A stretch of 64,000 bases of DNA from NCBI GenBank assembly GCA_951406725.2, contig OX597817.1, positions 93,806,001-93,870,000 on the forward strand, given 5' to 3'. Positions 1 through 10,400 of the stretch are shown here, in pieces; position 1 is the first letter of the stretch, and every line of letters starts with the position of its first letter. The position numbers and the translations under genes were made by a program. The stretch comes from Octopus vulgaris (Eukaryota). The notes below the pieces were generated by a model. That model searched no databases. It saw nothing but the letters and a program-made list of their open reading frames with translations, and was not told the origin of the DNA.

Positions 1-6
1 ATTACA

Positions 7-1528
7 ATGGAGGACATAAAAATGGCACAAGATTTGTTGAGAAAGGAGGGGAACAGTGTTTTCCTCAACACACCTCAACAACTCACACAAGAAACAAGCA
101 AAAGAACAATCTTTTATAAAGTCTTCGAAAAGAAAACTAAAAGATTGTTTAACGCCACACCACAACAGTTGGAGATGGCTCTGAAGCCCATTTGGGGCCA
201 GAAGAGCTATGTGACAAGAGGGAAGCGATTTGGAACCGTGGAGGTTCGCTTCCCAACAGAGGAGCTTGCAAGGGCAAACGCCATTTCGCCCTTGCAAAAT
301 GAACATTTGTTCCTCGTCCCGACGTACCTCGGGCGTAAGGTACAAAAAATAACCATAAGCACAATACCCCCCGAACAGAAAATCTCATGGCTAGTGGCGG
401 CTGTCCTCTATGGCATAGAGGACACTGCCACTATTCTGAATGTTCGGAGGGTACGAGAAAAGAACTGGTCAGGCATGGGTATTCAACTGCTGGTACAGAT
501 CCAGCAGGAAAACATCAATGCCATACCTGACTTTGTCATCTTGCTGGATGGGACCAGGCTAAATGTTATTGTAGAGGGGCGAAAGCCAAAATGTTTCCTC
601 TGCAGTAGCGAAAGCCACCTAAAAAGGGACTGCCCCATTCAAAAAAAGAGAATGGAGGAGTATAGCAAGAGGCAGCAGCAACAACAACAACAACAACAAC
701 AACACAAGCAACAACAACAGAAACAACAAAAACAGCAAGAAAAACCAAAGGCTGCCACACCACCAACACCATCACCAACACCAGCACCAAGACGAACAAC
801 ACCACCTCCAACAACAACAACCACCACCAAACCAACACCGACAACCACCACCAAACCAACACCGACACCAGTACCTCGAAGGTCGACAGCAGCGACATCA
901 ACAGTAACAGGAGCAGCGGCACCACCGATACCGGCGGAACCTAAAACTTTTCGTCCTGCTACTGAAGCAGACCCCTCAACCATTCCTTTGCCGGATGAAG
1001 AGATCTCGGATTGTGCGAGCTCGGATTCCAACAAAGGAGAATGGAATATAGTACCTCCAAAAAAGAAAAGGAGGAAAAAAACAAAAAGTTTTACAGGGGA
1101 AGCACGAACAAATAGTACTTCCCAACATCAACAACAACATCAACAACAACACACACTCACAACAACAAACAACAACAACAACACTTTCGACACCACTACT
1201 GCCACTACCACAGACACAAACAAACACAGACACAATTACAGACACGATTACAGCAGTGAATACAAGAAACCAGGAACTGGTTGAGTATTTGAAAAACAAA
1301 ACAAGCACAAACATTACAGATTTCATAATACCTACACACAACACACCACCAGCACACATTCTCACAATAAAAATAAACAAAACAGTGTACAATGAAATAA
1401 AACAAATATTCCCTAACGATGTGGGATCGTTAGGGAAAAGTTTCTCTCAGAAACTTTACAAAAATATTATTGAAGCACCCGTGCAAAAGCACAAGGGAGC
1501 CACCCCCACCACCAACAACAGTAAGTAG
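7..1528 (+). CDS. ORF1 gag-like nucleic-acid-binding protein (partial; +1 frameshift in A-run near 1075-1085)
   Basis: C-X2-C-X4-H-X4-C knuckle CFLCSSESHLKRDC, poly-Q, Pro/Thr-rich linker and basic PPKKKRRKK. ORFs 7..1284 and 1256..1528 join into one protein when compared with the other copies. Confidence 0.85.
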
Positions 1529-1565
1529 AGCCTTTTTTCTCCTTTTTTTCCCTAATTCTTGAGAC

Positions 1566-4500
1566 ATGGCAAATCTTAGAATCGGTTGCTTGAATGTGAG
1601 AGGCCTCGGGTCACCTTGGAAACAGGGTCACCTGTTAAACGACCTGAGGTTTCATGATGTGGATATAGCAGCCATCAGTGAAACCAGGCTCTCCGACCCG
1701 CAGGAACTCGCAGCCCTTTTCGGCGGATACGAGATATTTCTATCTCCGTGTCGGCCGGGAGCGGGCGGTGGTGGTACTGCGGTGTTGTTTCGGAAGGGCC
1801 TGGACCTGAAAATAAGAACAGTCTTCTTGGATCCGGAAGGTAAGTTGGTGGTCCTCGACGTGGACGGTAGTGACGGCGGTGCTTTCAGACTGCTGGCTGC
1901 CTACGCTCCGACAGGAGCAGGGCAGTCGGATTATTTCAAACGTCTGGAAGTTTTCCTGGGAACGTCACGCACTCTAGTACTAGTTGGGGATTGGAACGCT
2001 GTCTTAGACGAACGTTTCGATCGGGTGGGCAGGGGAGCGTCTGTTAGGAGAGGGGGTGGGTGCAAGAGCCTCGCCAACCTACTCGGCCGCTTTCAGCTGT
2101 CCGACAGGTTTCGACTAGACAACCCGAATGTGCCAATGTGGACTTGGACAAACCGCATCGGGTCGTCTAGATCGTACTTAGATAGAGTGTTTTGTAGGCC
2201 AGCGGATAAGGACAGCGTAGGGTGTCCACAATTCCACCTAGTCGAATATACGGACCACAAATTAGTGATCTGTACGGTCGACTTAGATAGGCTACATAGA
2301 CAGGGACCCGGCTACTGGAAGCTGAACGCGTCGTTAACGGCGTGCAAAGCTTACAGAGACCGGATTAGTTTACTAGTTAAGCGGGCGCTCACGGGGGCAA
2401 TCATCAACAACAACTGGTGGTTTGCCCTCAAGAGAGCAATTAGAGTAGAGTCGATTAGGTATAGTAAGACTCTAGCTATTGAACGTAGGAAGAGAGAGCG
2501 GGATTTAGTTAAGAAACTAGACGAGGCTCTTGACACTGGCATCGCGACCGACGTGTTGGCGGCAAGGTTGGCCCTCGACCAACACTTCGACGCCAAACAC
2601 GAAGGCTGCGTTGTCAGAGCTAAGGCACGTTCGCTAAGCGGGGAGGGGACTAGAGCCGCTCGATGGGCCCGCGTGGCGGAGGCGAAGCGAGGCAACAGAG
2701 CAACCATTCGGTCTTTGGTGGACCAGAACGGGCGCGAGGTTACCCAACCGAAGCAGATGTGTACGGTACTTCAGCGGCACTTTGCTCAACTGTTTGGGAC
2801 GAGCGGTGGAACGGACACCAACGGTACAGACTTCGGTGTGTACCTGGACGGACTGCCGCAACTCTCGGACAGCGAGGCAGAGTGCTGCGAAGGACCGATA
2901 TCTGCCTGGGAAGTACAGGAAGCGATGAAGAGTTGCACGAGAGGTAGATCGCCGGGTTTGGATGGTCTGCCCTACGAGCTTTACTTTTCAATGCCAGACT
3001 TGTTTGCGGACCTGTTGGCAAACGTCTACTGCAACTGGCAGCAAAACGGGAGAATTCCTGCTTTTGTCTGTCGAGGGGTGGTGGCTTTGCTAAAGAAGGA
3101 CCCAAACAAGGGGGACGTTATAGGCAATTTCCGGCCCATCACTCTGCTCAATGCAGAGTTGAAGATTTTGGCCAAGGTGCTAGCCAAGAGATTGGCGCTT
3201 GTCGTGGACAAGCTGGTCGGCGGGACGCAGACATGCGCCGTGCCGACCAGGTCGATACACGACAACCTCCATCTCATGCGCTACATCATAGAGAGGGTGG
3301 GTAACGACGCTGGCGCGGGTGGGGCTTTGATCAACTTGGATCAGAGTAAAGCCTTCGATAGGGTCGACCATCGGTACCTGGCAGCTGTCCTCAAGGCAGC
3401 CGGCTTCGGTCCAGTCTTCCGCGGGTGGATCGCTGCTTTATACAGCAACATCTGCTCGGTGATACGGGTGAACGGTCACCTTTCGGAACCGTTCGACATC
3501 TCGCGTTCGGTCCGCCAAGGATGCCCTCTCTCCTCCCTCTTGTACATTTTGACTCTCGAGCCATTACTGCGCAAGTTGGAGGCTTTGAGGGGCATCCCGC
3601 GCGATCTAGGAGGCGGAAACAGCGTGTCTGCTTATGCCGACGACGTCACCGTGGTGGTGTCGAGCCACAGGCACATTGGCCTGATTGGCGAGACGCTAAA
3701 CCAGTACGAAGCGGTGACAGGGGCAAAGATTAACGCGGAAAAGTCTGTGGGCTTGCAACTGGGCACCTGGAGAGGCAAGCCCATGCCGTCCAACAGCGTC
3801 GTAGGGCGCTGGACAGACGGACCCGTTAAACTGCTCGGGGTCTGGTTCGGTCCGGACCTCCAGGTGGATAAGAACTGGGAAGAGGTGACGAGCAGGGTGG
3901 CACGTCTCACCCAGAAATGGGCCGAGAGGAAGCTGTCCCTGAAAGGTCGAGCGGAGGTGGCGAATGCGTACATCGCATCCGTCATCTATTACCGCTTGAC
4001 CGTCGTCCCTTGTCCCGACCGCTGGTTGGCCAAGCTGGTACACCTGCTCTTCGACTTTTTGTGGAAGGGTCAGGTGCCACTGGTCAGGCGATCCATCTGC
4101 TGTCAACGACCGCTGAACGGAGGCCTTGGAATGCCGTGGTTGCTGTTGCGCAGACATGCGCTCAGGCTGCGGCATCTCAAGCGCTTCCTAGACGGTGAAC
4201 AGGTGTGGTCGTCTTTTGTCAGACGCGATTTTCCGCAGCTCGTCTCTTTGACGGAGCTGCAGACCTGGATCAAACGTAGACCGAGAAAGGGCGCTTGGCA
4301 CCTCGAGTGCCGTCAAGCCCTCTCCGCCCTCCACCAGGCGGGCAATGCGGTCGGTTACAGCTCCACTCTAGCGTTCTATAGAGGGTTAGTGGAGGAAAAA
4401 TGCGACGACGTTCTCGGGGAAACTCTAGGCGTTGAAGACGACGAACTGAGCGGTCTGTTCGGGAGGACTTTCGGGCCGGGGCCGATGGATAATTTCCAGA

Positions 4501-5000
4501 GGTCTCTCGCCTGGCAGTGCTACCGAGGGGCTCTGCCTGTTCGAGATAAACTCTACCGGCACGGAAGTGCCGTCAGCCGGGCCTGCCCGAGGTGTTGCCA
4601 GGACGACGAAACCGTTCTGCACGCACTCGTCCAGTGCCCGAGTATTGCTGAAATATGGGTTTATGTCGAACAGCTACTGTCACGTGTAGGACGGATCCGA
4701 CTATCGGCCGAATCCATAGTGAAGATTGCCCCGCCGACCTCCTTTAACAAGGAGGGCGAGGCCGTTTTCTTGTGCCTTGTGGCTGTGGCGAAAGAAGTCG
4801 TGTGGTGGACTCGTTTGAAAGGGCTAAAGTCAGACACTTTCCTCTTTGGTCAAGGCCTCATCAACTTTTTCAAGTTTCACTTGAAAAGGAAGATGAGGTT
4901 AGAGAGGAAAGTGCTGTCCGATAGCAAGTTTTATGAAAGGTGGGTGAATTGTGCGAGACTGGCCTGTATAAATGGACCAGTTCTCAGGTTTCGCCTGTGA
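1566..5000 (+). CDS. ORF2: AP-like endonuclease + reverse transcriptase + C-terminal Cys/His zinc motif, 1144 aa, intact
   Basis: APE motifs LNVRG, SET, GDWN, YLDRVF and TDHK; PGYWKLN linker; RT motifs SPGLDG, FRPITLLN, DQSKAFDRVDH, RQGCPLS and YADD; C-terminal CPRC...ETVLHALVQC. Confidence 0.96.
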   Translation: MANLRIGCLNVRGLGSPWKQGHLLNDLRFHDVDIAAISETRLSDPQELAALFGGYEIFLSPCRPGAGGGGTAVLFRKGLDLKIRTVFLDPEGKLVVLDVDGSDGGAFRLLAAYAPTGAGQSDYFKRLEVFLGTSRTLVLVGDWNAVLDERFDRVGRGASVRRGGGCKSLANLLGRFQLSDRFRLDNPNVPMWTWTNRIGSSRSYLDRVFCRPADKDSVGCPQFHLVEYTDHKLVICTVDLDRLHRQGPGYWKLNASLTACKAYRDRISLLVKRALTGAIINNNWWFALKRAIRVESIRYSKTLAIERRKRERDLVKKLDEALDTGIATDVLAARLALDQHFDAKHEGCVVRAKARSLSGEGTRAARWARVAEAKRGNRATIRSLVDQNGREVTQPKQMCTVLQRHFAQLFGTSGGTDTNGTDFGVYLDGLPQLSDSEAECCEGPISAWEVQEAMKSCTRGRSPGLDGLPYELYFSMPDLFADLLANVYCNWQQNGRIPAFVCRGVVALLKKDPNKGDVIGNFRPITLLNAELKILAKVLAKRLALVVDKLVGGTQTCAVPTRSIHDNLHLMRYIIERVGNDAGAGGALINLDQSKAFDRVDHRYLAAVLKAAGFGPVFRGWIAALYSNICSVIRVNGHLSEPFDISRSVRQGCPLSSLLYILTLEPLLRKLEALRGIPRDLGGGNSVSAYADDVTVVVSSHRHIGLIGETLNQYEAVTGAKINAEKSVGLQLGTWRGKPMPSNSVVGRWTDGPVKLLGVWFGPDLQVDKNWEEVTSRVARLTQKWAERKLSLKGRAEVANAYIASVIYYRLTVVPCPDRWLAKLVHLLFDFLWKGQVPLVRRSICCQRPLNGGLGMPWLLLRRHALRLRHLKRFLDGEQVWSSFVRRDFPQLVSLTELQTWIKRRPRKGAWHLECRQALSALHQAGNAVGYSSTLAFYRGLVEEKCDDVLGETLGVEDDELSGLFGRTFGPGPMDNFQRSLAWQCYRGALPVRDKLYRHGSAVSRACPRCCQDDETVLHALVQCPSIAEIWVYVEQLLSRVGRIRLSAESIVKIAPPTSFNKEGEAVFLCLVAVAKEVVWWTRLKGLKSDTFLFGQGLINFFKFHLKRKMRLERKVLSDSKFYERWVNCARLACINGPVLRFRL

Positions 5001-5299
5001 TTTCAAAGAAAAAGGTAATGTAAAAGGAGAAGAAAGGGGACTCTCTACACCCCCTTTTTTGACCAGGCTCCCGTTGGCTTTTGTAGGGTTTTTTCCACCG
5101 GGAACATTTCGAGACGTCTCCCCCTTTTGGGAGTTTTTCATTGTTGAATTTTATAAGTTGTTATAAAGATTTTTACTCGATGTTTTTAAAAAAACGGCAA
5201 AACCCTTTGTAAACTTTCGTCCTGTCTTGTCCCTTTATGTAATCATGCGTGTCAGCCCTTGTGGCCAATAAAAAAGAATTGATTATTATTATTATTATT

Positions 5300-5320
5300 C
5301 CTTCCGACGCCGATGGACGT
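5300..5320 (+). promoter_or_regulatory. Putative internal Pol II core promoter (DPE-like GGACGT) at element 5' end; recurs at every unit start
   Basis: GGACGT lies 15 nt after the first C in young copies (5315-5320) and in the diverged copy (30011-30016), although the 10 intervening nt differ. It matches the DPE consensus RGWYV. Confidence 0.5.
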
Positions 5321-5518
5321 ACGTGAATCAGCTCTGTGAGTTTTGTGCCAATTTTGTTGGAAATTTTTTAATAAGCTTGAATATTTTTTAATATTTTTGT
5401 AGCCAAACCGACCGGCTTCTTGCGGAGCTCGTCGGTTGGGCGAAATTTTGCCCCATTCGGGGTGAAATTACTGTCTATCCTTTTGAAATTGACATTTTTT
5501 GCACACACACATTACAAA

Positions 5519-7395
5519 ATGGCACTAAAACGAGCTGCTGGCTCTTCCTCCTTCTTGCAACACCCCCTACAAGAACAAAAAAAATAACGTCACGGGTTAC
5601 GTACAACCCATTTCAGGCCGTAAAAGGCAACAAAGCTCCTCCTTCCGAACCGGAGAGCACGCGCTCGGTTCAAAAGGAGAATGCATGCCAGGACGTCGCG
5701 TTCGACGTCACTCTTGATTTCCCCCTCTGCCTTCAACAAGTGATGCTGTACCGAAGGGGAGGTAAAGAAAATTATAACAGACACAAACACAGACAAGAAC
5801 CAACAAAAAACTGTAAAAGCTTCTAACGATTTTGCTTCTGCTGCGAAGCAAATTTCGGAAGATGTAGAAATTACAATGGAGGACATAAAAATGGCACAAG
5901 ATTTGTTGAGAAAGGAGGGGAACAGTGTTTTCCTCAACACACCTCAACAACTCACACAAGAAACAAGCAAAAGAACAATCTTTTATAAAGTCTTCGAAAA
6001 GAAAACTAAAAGATTGTTTAACGCCACACCACAACAGTTGGAGATGGCTCTGAAGCCCATTTGGGGCCAGAAGAGCTATGTGACAAGAGGGAAGCGATTT
6101 GGAACCGTGGAGGTTCGCTTCCCAACAGAGGAGCTTGCAAGGGCAAACGCCATTTCGCCCTTGCAAAATGAACATTTGTTCCTCGTCCCGACGTACCTCG
6201 GGCGTAAGGTACAAAAAATAACCATAAGCACAATACCCCCCGAACAGAAAATCTCATGGCTAGTGGCGGCTGTCCTCTATGGCATAGAGGACACTGCCAC
6301 TATTCTGAATGTTCGGAGGGTACGAGAAAAGAACTGGTCAGGCATGGGTATTCAACTGCTGGTACAGATCCAGCAGGAAAACATCAATGCCATACCTGAC
6401 TTTGTCATCTTGCTGGATGGGACCAGGCTAAATGTTATTGTAGAGGGGCGAAAGCCAAAATGTTTCCTCTGCAGTAGCGAAAGCCACCTAAAAAGGGACT
6501 GCCCCATTCAAAAAAAGAGAATGGAGGAGTATAGCAAGAGGCAGCAGCAACAACAACAACAACAACAACAACACAAGCAACAACAACAGAAACAACAAAA
6601 ACAGCAAGAAAAACCAAAGGCTGCCACACCACCAACACCATCACCAACACCAGCACCAAGACGAACAACACCACCTCCAACAACAACAACCACCACCAAA
6701 CCAACACCGACAACCACCACCAAACCAACACCGACACCAGTACCTCGAAGGTCGACAGCAGCGACATCAACAGTAACAGGAGCAGCGGCACCACCGATAC
6801 CGGCGGAACCTAAACTTTTCGTCCTGCTACTGAAGCAGACCCCTCAACCATTCCTTTGCCGGATGAAGAGATCTCGGATTGTGCGAGCTCGGATTCCAAC
6901 AAAGGAGAATGGAATATAGTACCTCCAAAAAAGAAAAGGAGGAAAAAACAAAAAGTTTTACAGGGGAAGCACGAACAAATAGTACTTCCCAACATCAACA
7001 ACAACATCAACAACAACACACACTCACAACAACAAACAACAACAACAACACTTTCGACACCACTACTGCCACTACCACAGACACAAACAAACACAGACAC
7101 AATTACAGACACGATTACAGCAGTGAATACAAGAAACCAGGAACTGGTTGAGTATTTGAAAAACAAAACAAGCACAAACATTACAGATTTCATAATACCT
7201 ACACACAACACACCACCAGCACACATTCTCACAATAAAAATAAACAAAACAGTGTACAATGAAATAAAACAAATATTCCCTAACGATGTGGGATCGTTAG
7301 GGAAAAGTTTCTCTCAGAAACTTTACAAAAATAATATTGAAGCACCCGTGCAAAAGCACAAGGGAGCCACCCCCACCACCAACAACAGTAAGTAG
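5519..7395 (+). CDS. ORF1 (consensus ~625 aa from MALKRAAG...), broken by homopolymer indels
   Basis: ATG at 5519 in AAAATGG context, also present in the old copy (MAMKRPVG). Pieces from different copies tile a single frame through the CCHC knuckle to ...TTNNSK*. Confidence 0.75.
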
Positions 7396-7435
7396 AGCCT
7401 TTTTTCTCCTTTTTTTTTCCCCTAACTTTTGAAAC

Positions 7436-10400
7436 ATGGCAAATCTTAGAATCGGTTGCTTGAATGTGAGAGGCCTCGGGTCACCTTGGAAACAGGGTCA
7501 CCTGTTAAACGACCTGAGGTTTCATGATGTGGATGTAGCAGCCATCAGTGAAACCAGGCTCTCCGACCCGCAGGAACTCGCAGCCCTTTTCGGCGGATAC
7601 GAGATATTTCTATCTCCGTGTCGGCCGGGAGCGGGCGGTGGTGGTACTGCGGTGTTGTTTCGGAAGGGCCTGGACCTGAAAATAAGGACAGTCTTCTTGG
7701 ATCCGGAAGGTAAGTTGGTGGTCCTCGACGTGGACGGTAGTGACGGCGGTGCTTTCAGACTGCTGGCTGCCTACGCTCCGACAGGAGCAGGGCAGTCGGA
7801 TTATTTCAAACGTCTGGAAGTTTTCCTGGGAACGTCACGCACTCTAGTACTAGTTGGGGATTGGAACGCTGTCTTAGACGAACGTTTCGATCGGGTGGGC
7901 AGGGGAGCGTCTGTTAGGAGAGGGGGTGGGTGCAAGAGCCTCGCCAACCTACTCGGCCGCTTTCAGCTGTCCGACAGGTTTCGACTAGACAACCCGAATG
8001 TGCCAATGTGGACTTGGACAAACCGCATCGGGTCGTCTAGATCGTACTTAGATAGAGTGTTTTGTAGGCCAGCGGATAAGGACAGCGTAGGGTGTCCACA
8101 ATTCCACCTAGTCGAATATACGGACCACAAATTAGTGATCTGTACGGTCGACTTAGATAGGCTACATAGACAGGGACCCGGCTACTGGAAGCTGAACGCG
8201 TCGTTAACGGCGTGCAAAGCTTACAGAGACCGGATTAGTTTACTAGTTAAGCGGGCGCTCACGGGGGCAATCATCAACAACAACTGGTGGTTTGCCCTCA
8301 AGAGAGCAATTAGAGTAGAGTCGATTAGGTATAGTAAGACTCTAGCTATTGAACGTAGGAAGAGAGAGCGGGATTTAGTTAAGAAACTAGACGAGGCTCT
8401 TGACACTGGCATCGCGACCGACGTGTTGGCGGCAAGGTTGGCCCTCGACCAACACTTCGACGCCAAACACGAAGGCTGCGTTGTCAGAGCTAAGGCACGT
8501 TCGCTAAGCGGGGAGGGGACTAGAGCCGCTCGATGGGCCCGCGTGGCGGAGGCGAAGCGAGGCAACAGAGCAACCATTCGGTCTTTGGTGGACCAGAACG
8601 GGCGCGAGGTTACCCAACCGAAGCAGATGTGTACGGTACTTCAGCGGCACTTTGCTCAACTGTTTGGGACGAGCGGTGGAACGGACACCAACGGTACAGA
8701 CTTCGGTGTGTACCTGGACGGACTGCCGCAACTCTCGGACAGCGAGGCAGAGTGCTGCGAAGGACCGATATCTGCCTGGGAAGTACAGGAAGCGATGAAG
8801 AGTTGCACGAGAGGTAGATCGCCGGGTTTGGATGGTCTGCCCTACGAGCTTTACTTTTCAATGCCAGACTTGTTTGCGGACCTGTTGGCAAACGTCTACT
8901 GCAACTGGCAGCAAAACGGGAGAATTCCTGCTTTTGTCTGTCGAGGGGTGGTGGCTTTGCTAAAGAAGGACCCAAACAAGGGGGACGTTATAGGCAATTT
9001 CCGGCCCATCACTCTGCTCAATGCAGAGTTGAAGATTTTGGCCAAGGTGCTAGCCAAGAGATTGGCGCTTGTCGTGGACAAGCTGGTCGGCGGGACGCAG
9101 ACATGCGCCGTGCCGACCAGGTCGATACACGACAACCTCCATCTCATGCGCTACATCATAGAGAGGGTGGGTAACGACGCTGGCGCGGGTGGGGCTTTGA
9201 TCAACTTGGATCAGAGTAAAGCCTTCGATAGGGTCGACCATCGGTACCTGGCAGCTGTCCTCAAGGCAGCCGGCTTCGGTCCAGTCTTCCGCGGGTGGAT
9301 CGCTGCTTTATACAGCAACATCTGCTCGGTGATACGGGTGAACGGTCACCTTTCGGAACCGTTCGACATCTCGCGTTCGGTCCGCCAAGGATGCCCTCTC
9401 TCCTCCCTCTTGTACATTTTGACTCTCGAGCCATTACTGCGCAAGTTGGAGGCTTTGAGGGGCATCCCGCGCGATCTAGGAGGCGGAAACAGCGTGTCTG
9501 CTTATGCCGACGACGTCACCGTGGTGGTGTCGAGCCACAGGCACATTGGCCTGATTGGCGAGACGCTAAACCAGTACGAAGCGGTGACAGGGGCAAAGAT
9601 TAACGCGGAAAAGTCTGTGGGCTTGCAACTGGGCACCTGGAGAGGCAAGCCCATGCCGTCCAACAGCGTCGTAGGGCGCTGGACAGACGGACCCGTTAAA
9701 CTGCTCGGGGTCTGGTTCGGTCCGGACCTCCAGGTGGATAAGAACTGGGAAGAGGTGACGAGCAGGGTGGCACGTCTCACCCAGAAATGGGCCGAGAGGA
9801 AGCTGTCCCTGAAAGGTCGAGCGGAGGTGGCGAATGCGTACATCGCATCCGTCATCTATTACCGCTTGACCGTCGTCCCTTGTCCCGACCGCTGGTTGGC
9901 CAAGCTGGTACGCCTGCTCTTCGACTTTTTGTGGAAGGGTCAGGTGCCACTGGTCAGGCGATCCATCTGCTGTCAACGACCGCTGAACGGAGGCCTTGGA
10001 ATGCCGTGGTTGCTGTTGCGCAGACATGCGCTCAGGCTGCGGCATCTCAAGCGCTTCCTAGACGGTGAACAGGTGTGGTCGTCTTTTGTCAGACGCGATT
10101 TTCCGCAGCTCGTCTCTTTGACGGAGCTGCAGACCTGGATCAAACGTAGACCGAGAAAGGGCGCTTGGCACCTCGAGTGCCGTCAAGCCCTCTCCGCCCT
10201 CCACCAGGCGGGCAATGCGGTCGGTTACAGCTCCACTCTAGCGTTCTATAGAGGGTTAGTGGAGGAAAAATGCGACGACGTTCTCGGGGAAACTCTAGGC
10301 GTTGAAGACGACGAACTGAGCGGTCTGTTCGGGAGGACTTTCGGGCCGGGGCCGATGGATAATTTCCAGAGGTCTCTCGCCTGGCAGTGCTACCGAGGGG

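Larger units (their letters stand above)
1..5299 (+). mobile_element. L1/Tx1-clade non-LTR retrotransposon, array copy 1 (5' part cut by window edge)
   Basis: Contains CCHC ORF1, 1144-aa APE-RT ORF2, and a 3' UTR ending AATAAA...GAATTG(ATT)6. Near-identical to the following units. Confidence 0.93.

Noticed and set aside
566-1405. Val/Leu/Cys-rich minus-strand ORFs that look like membrane or metallothionein-like proteins
   Set aside because: Reverse translation of CAA/ACA-rich ORF1 low-complexity sequence.
2351-4622. Recurrent antisense and alternate-frame ORFs (63-159 aa) inside ORF2 of each unit
   Set aside because: Shadow ORFs expected in GC-rich coding DNA. They recur only because the units are near-identical, and show no recognisable domains.
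5282-5518. snRNA, tRNA or 5S gene fragment at the junction as the Tx1 target
   Set aside because: I could not recognise U1/U2/U5/U6, 5S, spliced-leader or tRNA sequence. The region diverges between young and old copies like a 5' UTR. An Rfam search would be needed to exclude it fully.
5001-5520. Interpreting the repeated inter-ORF region as LTRs of an LTR retrotransposon
   Set aside because: No protease, RNase H or integrase, and no TG...CA or primer-binding site. ORF2 is APE-RT of non-LTR type.
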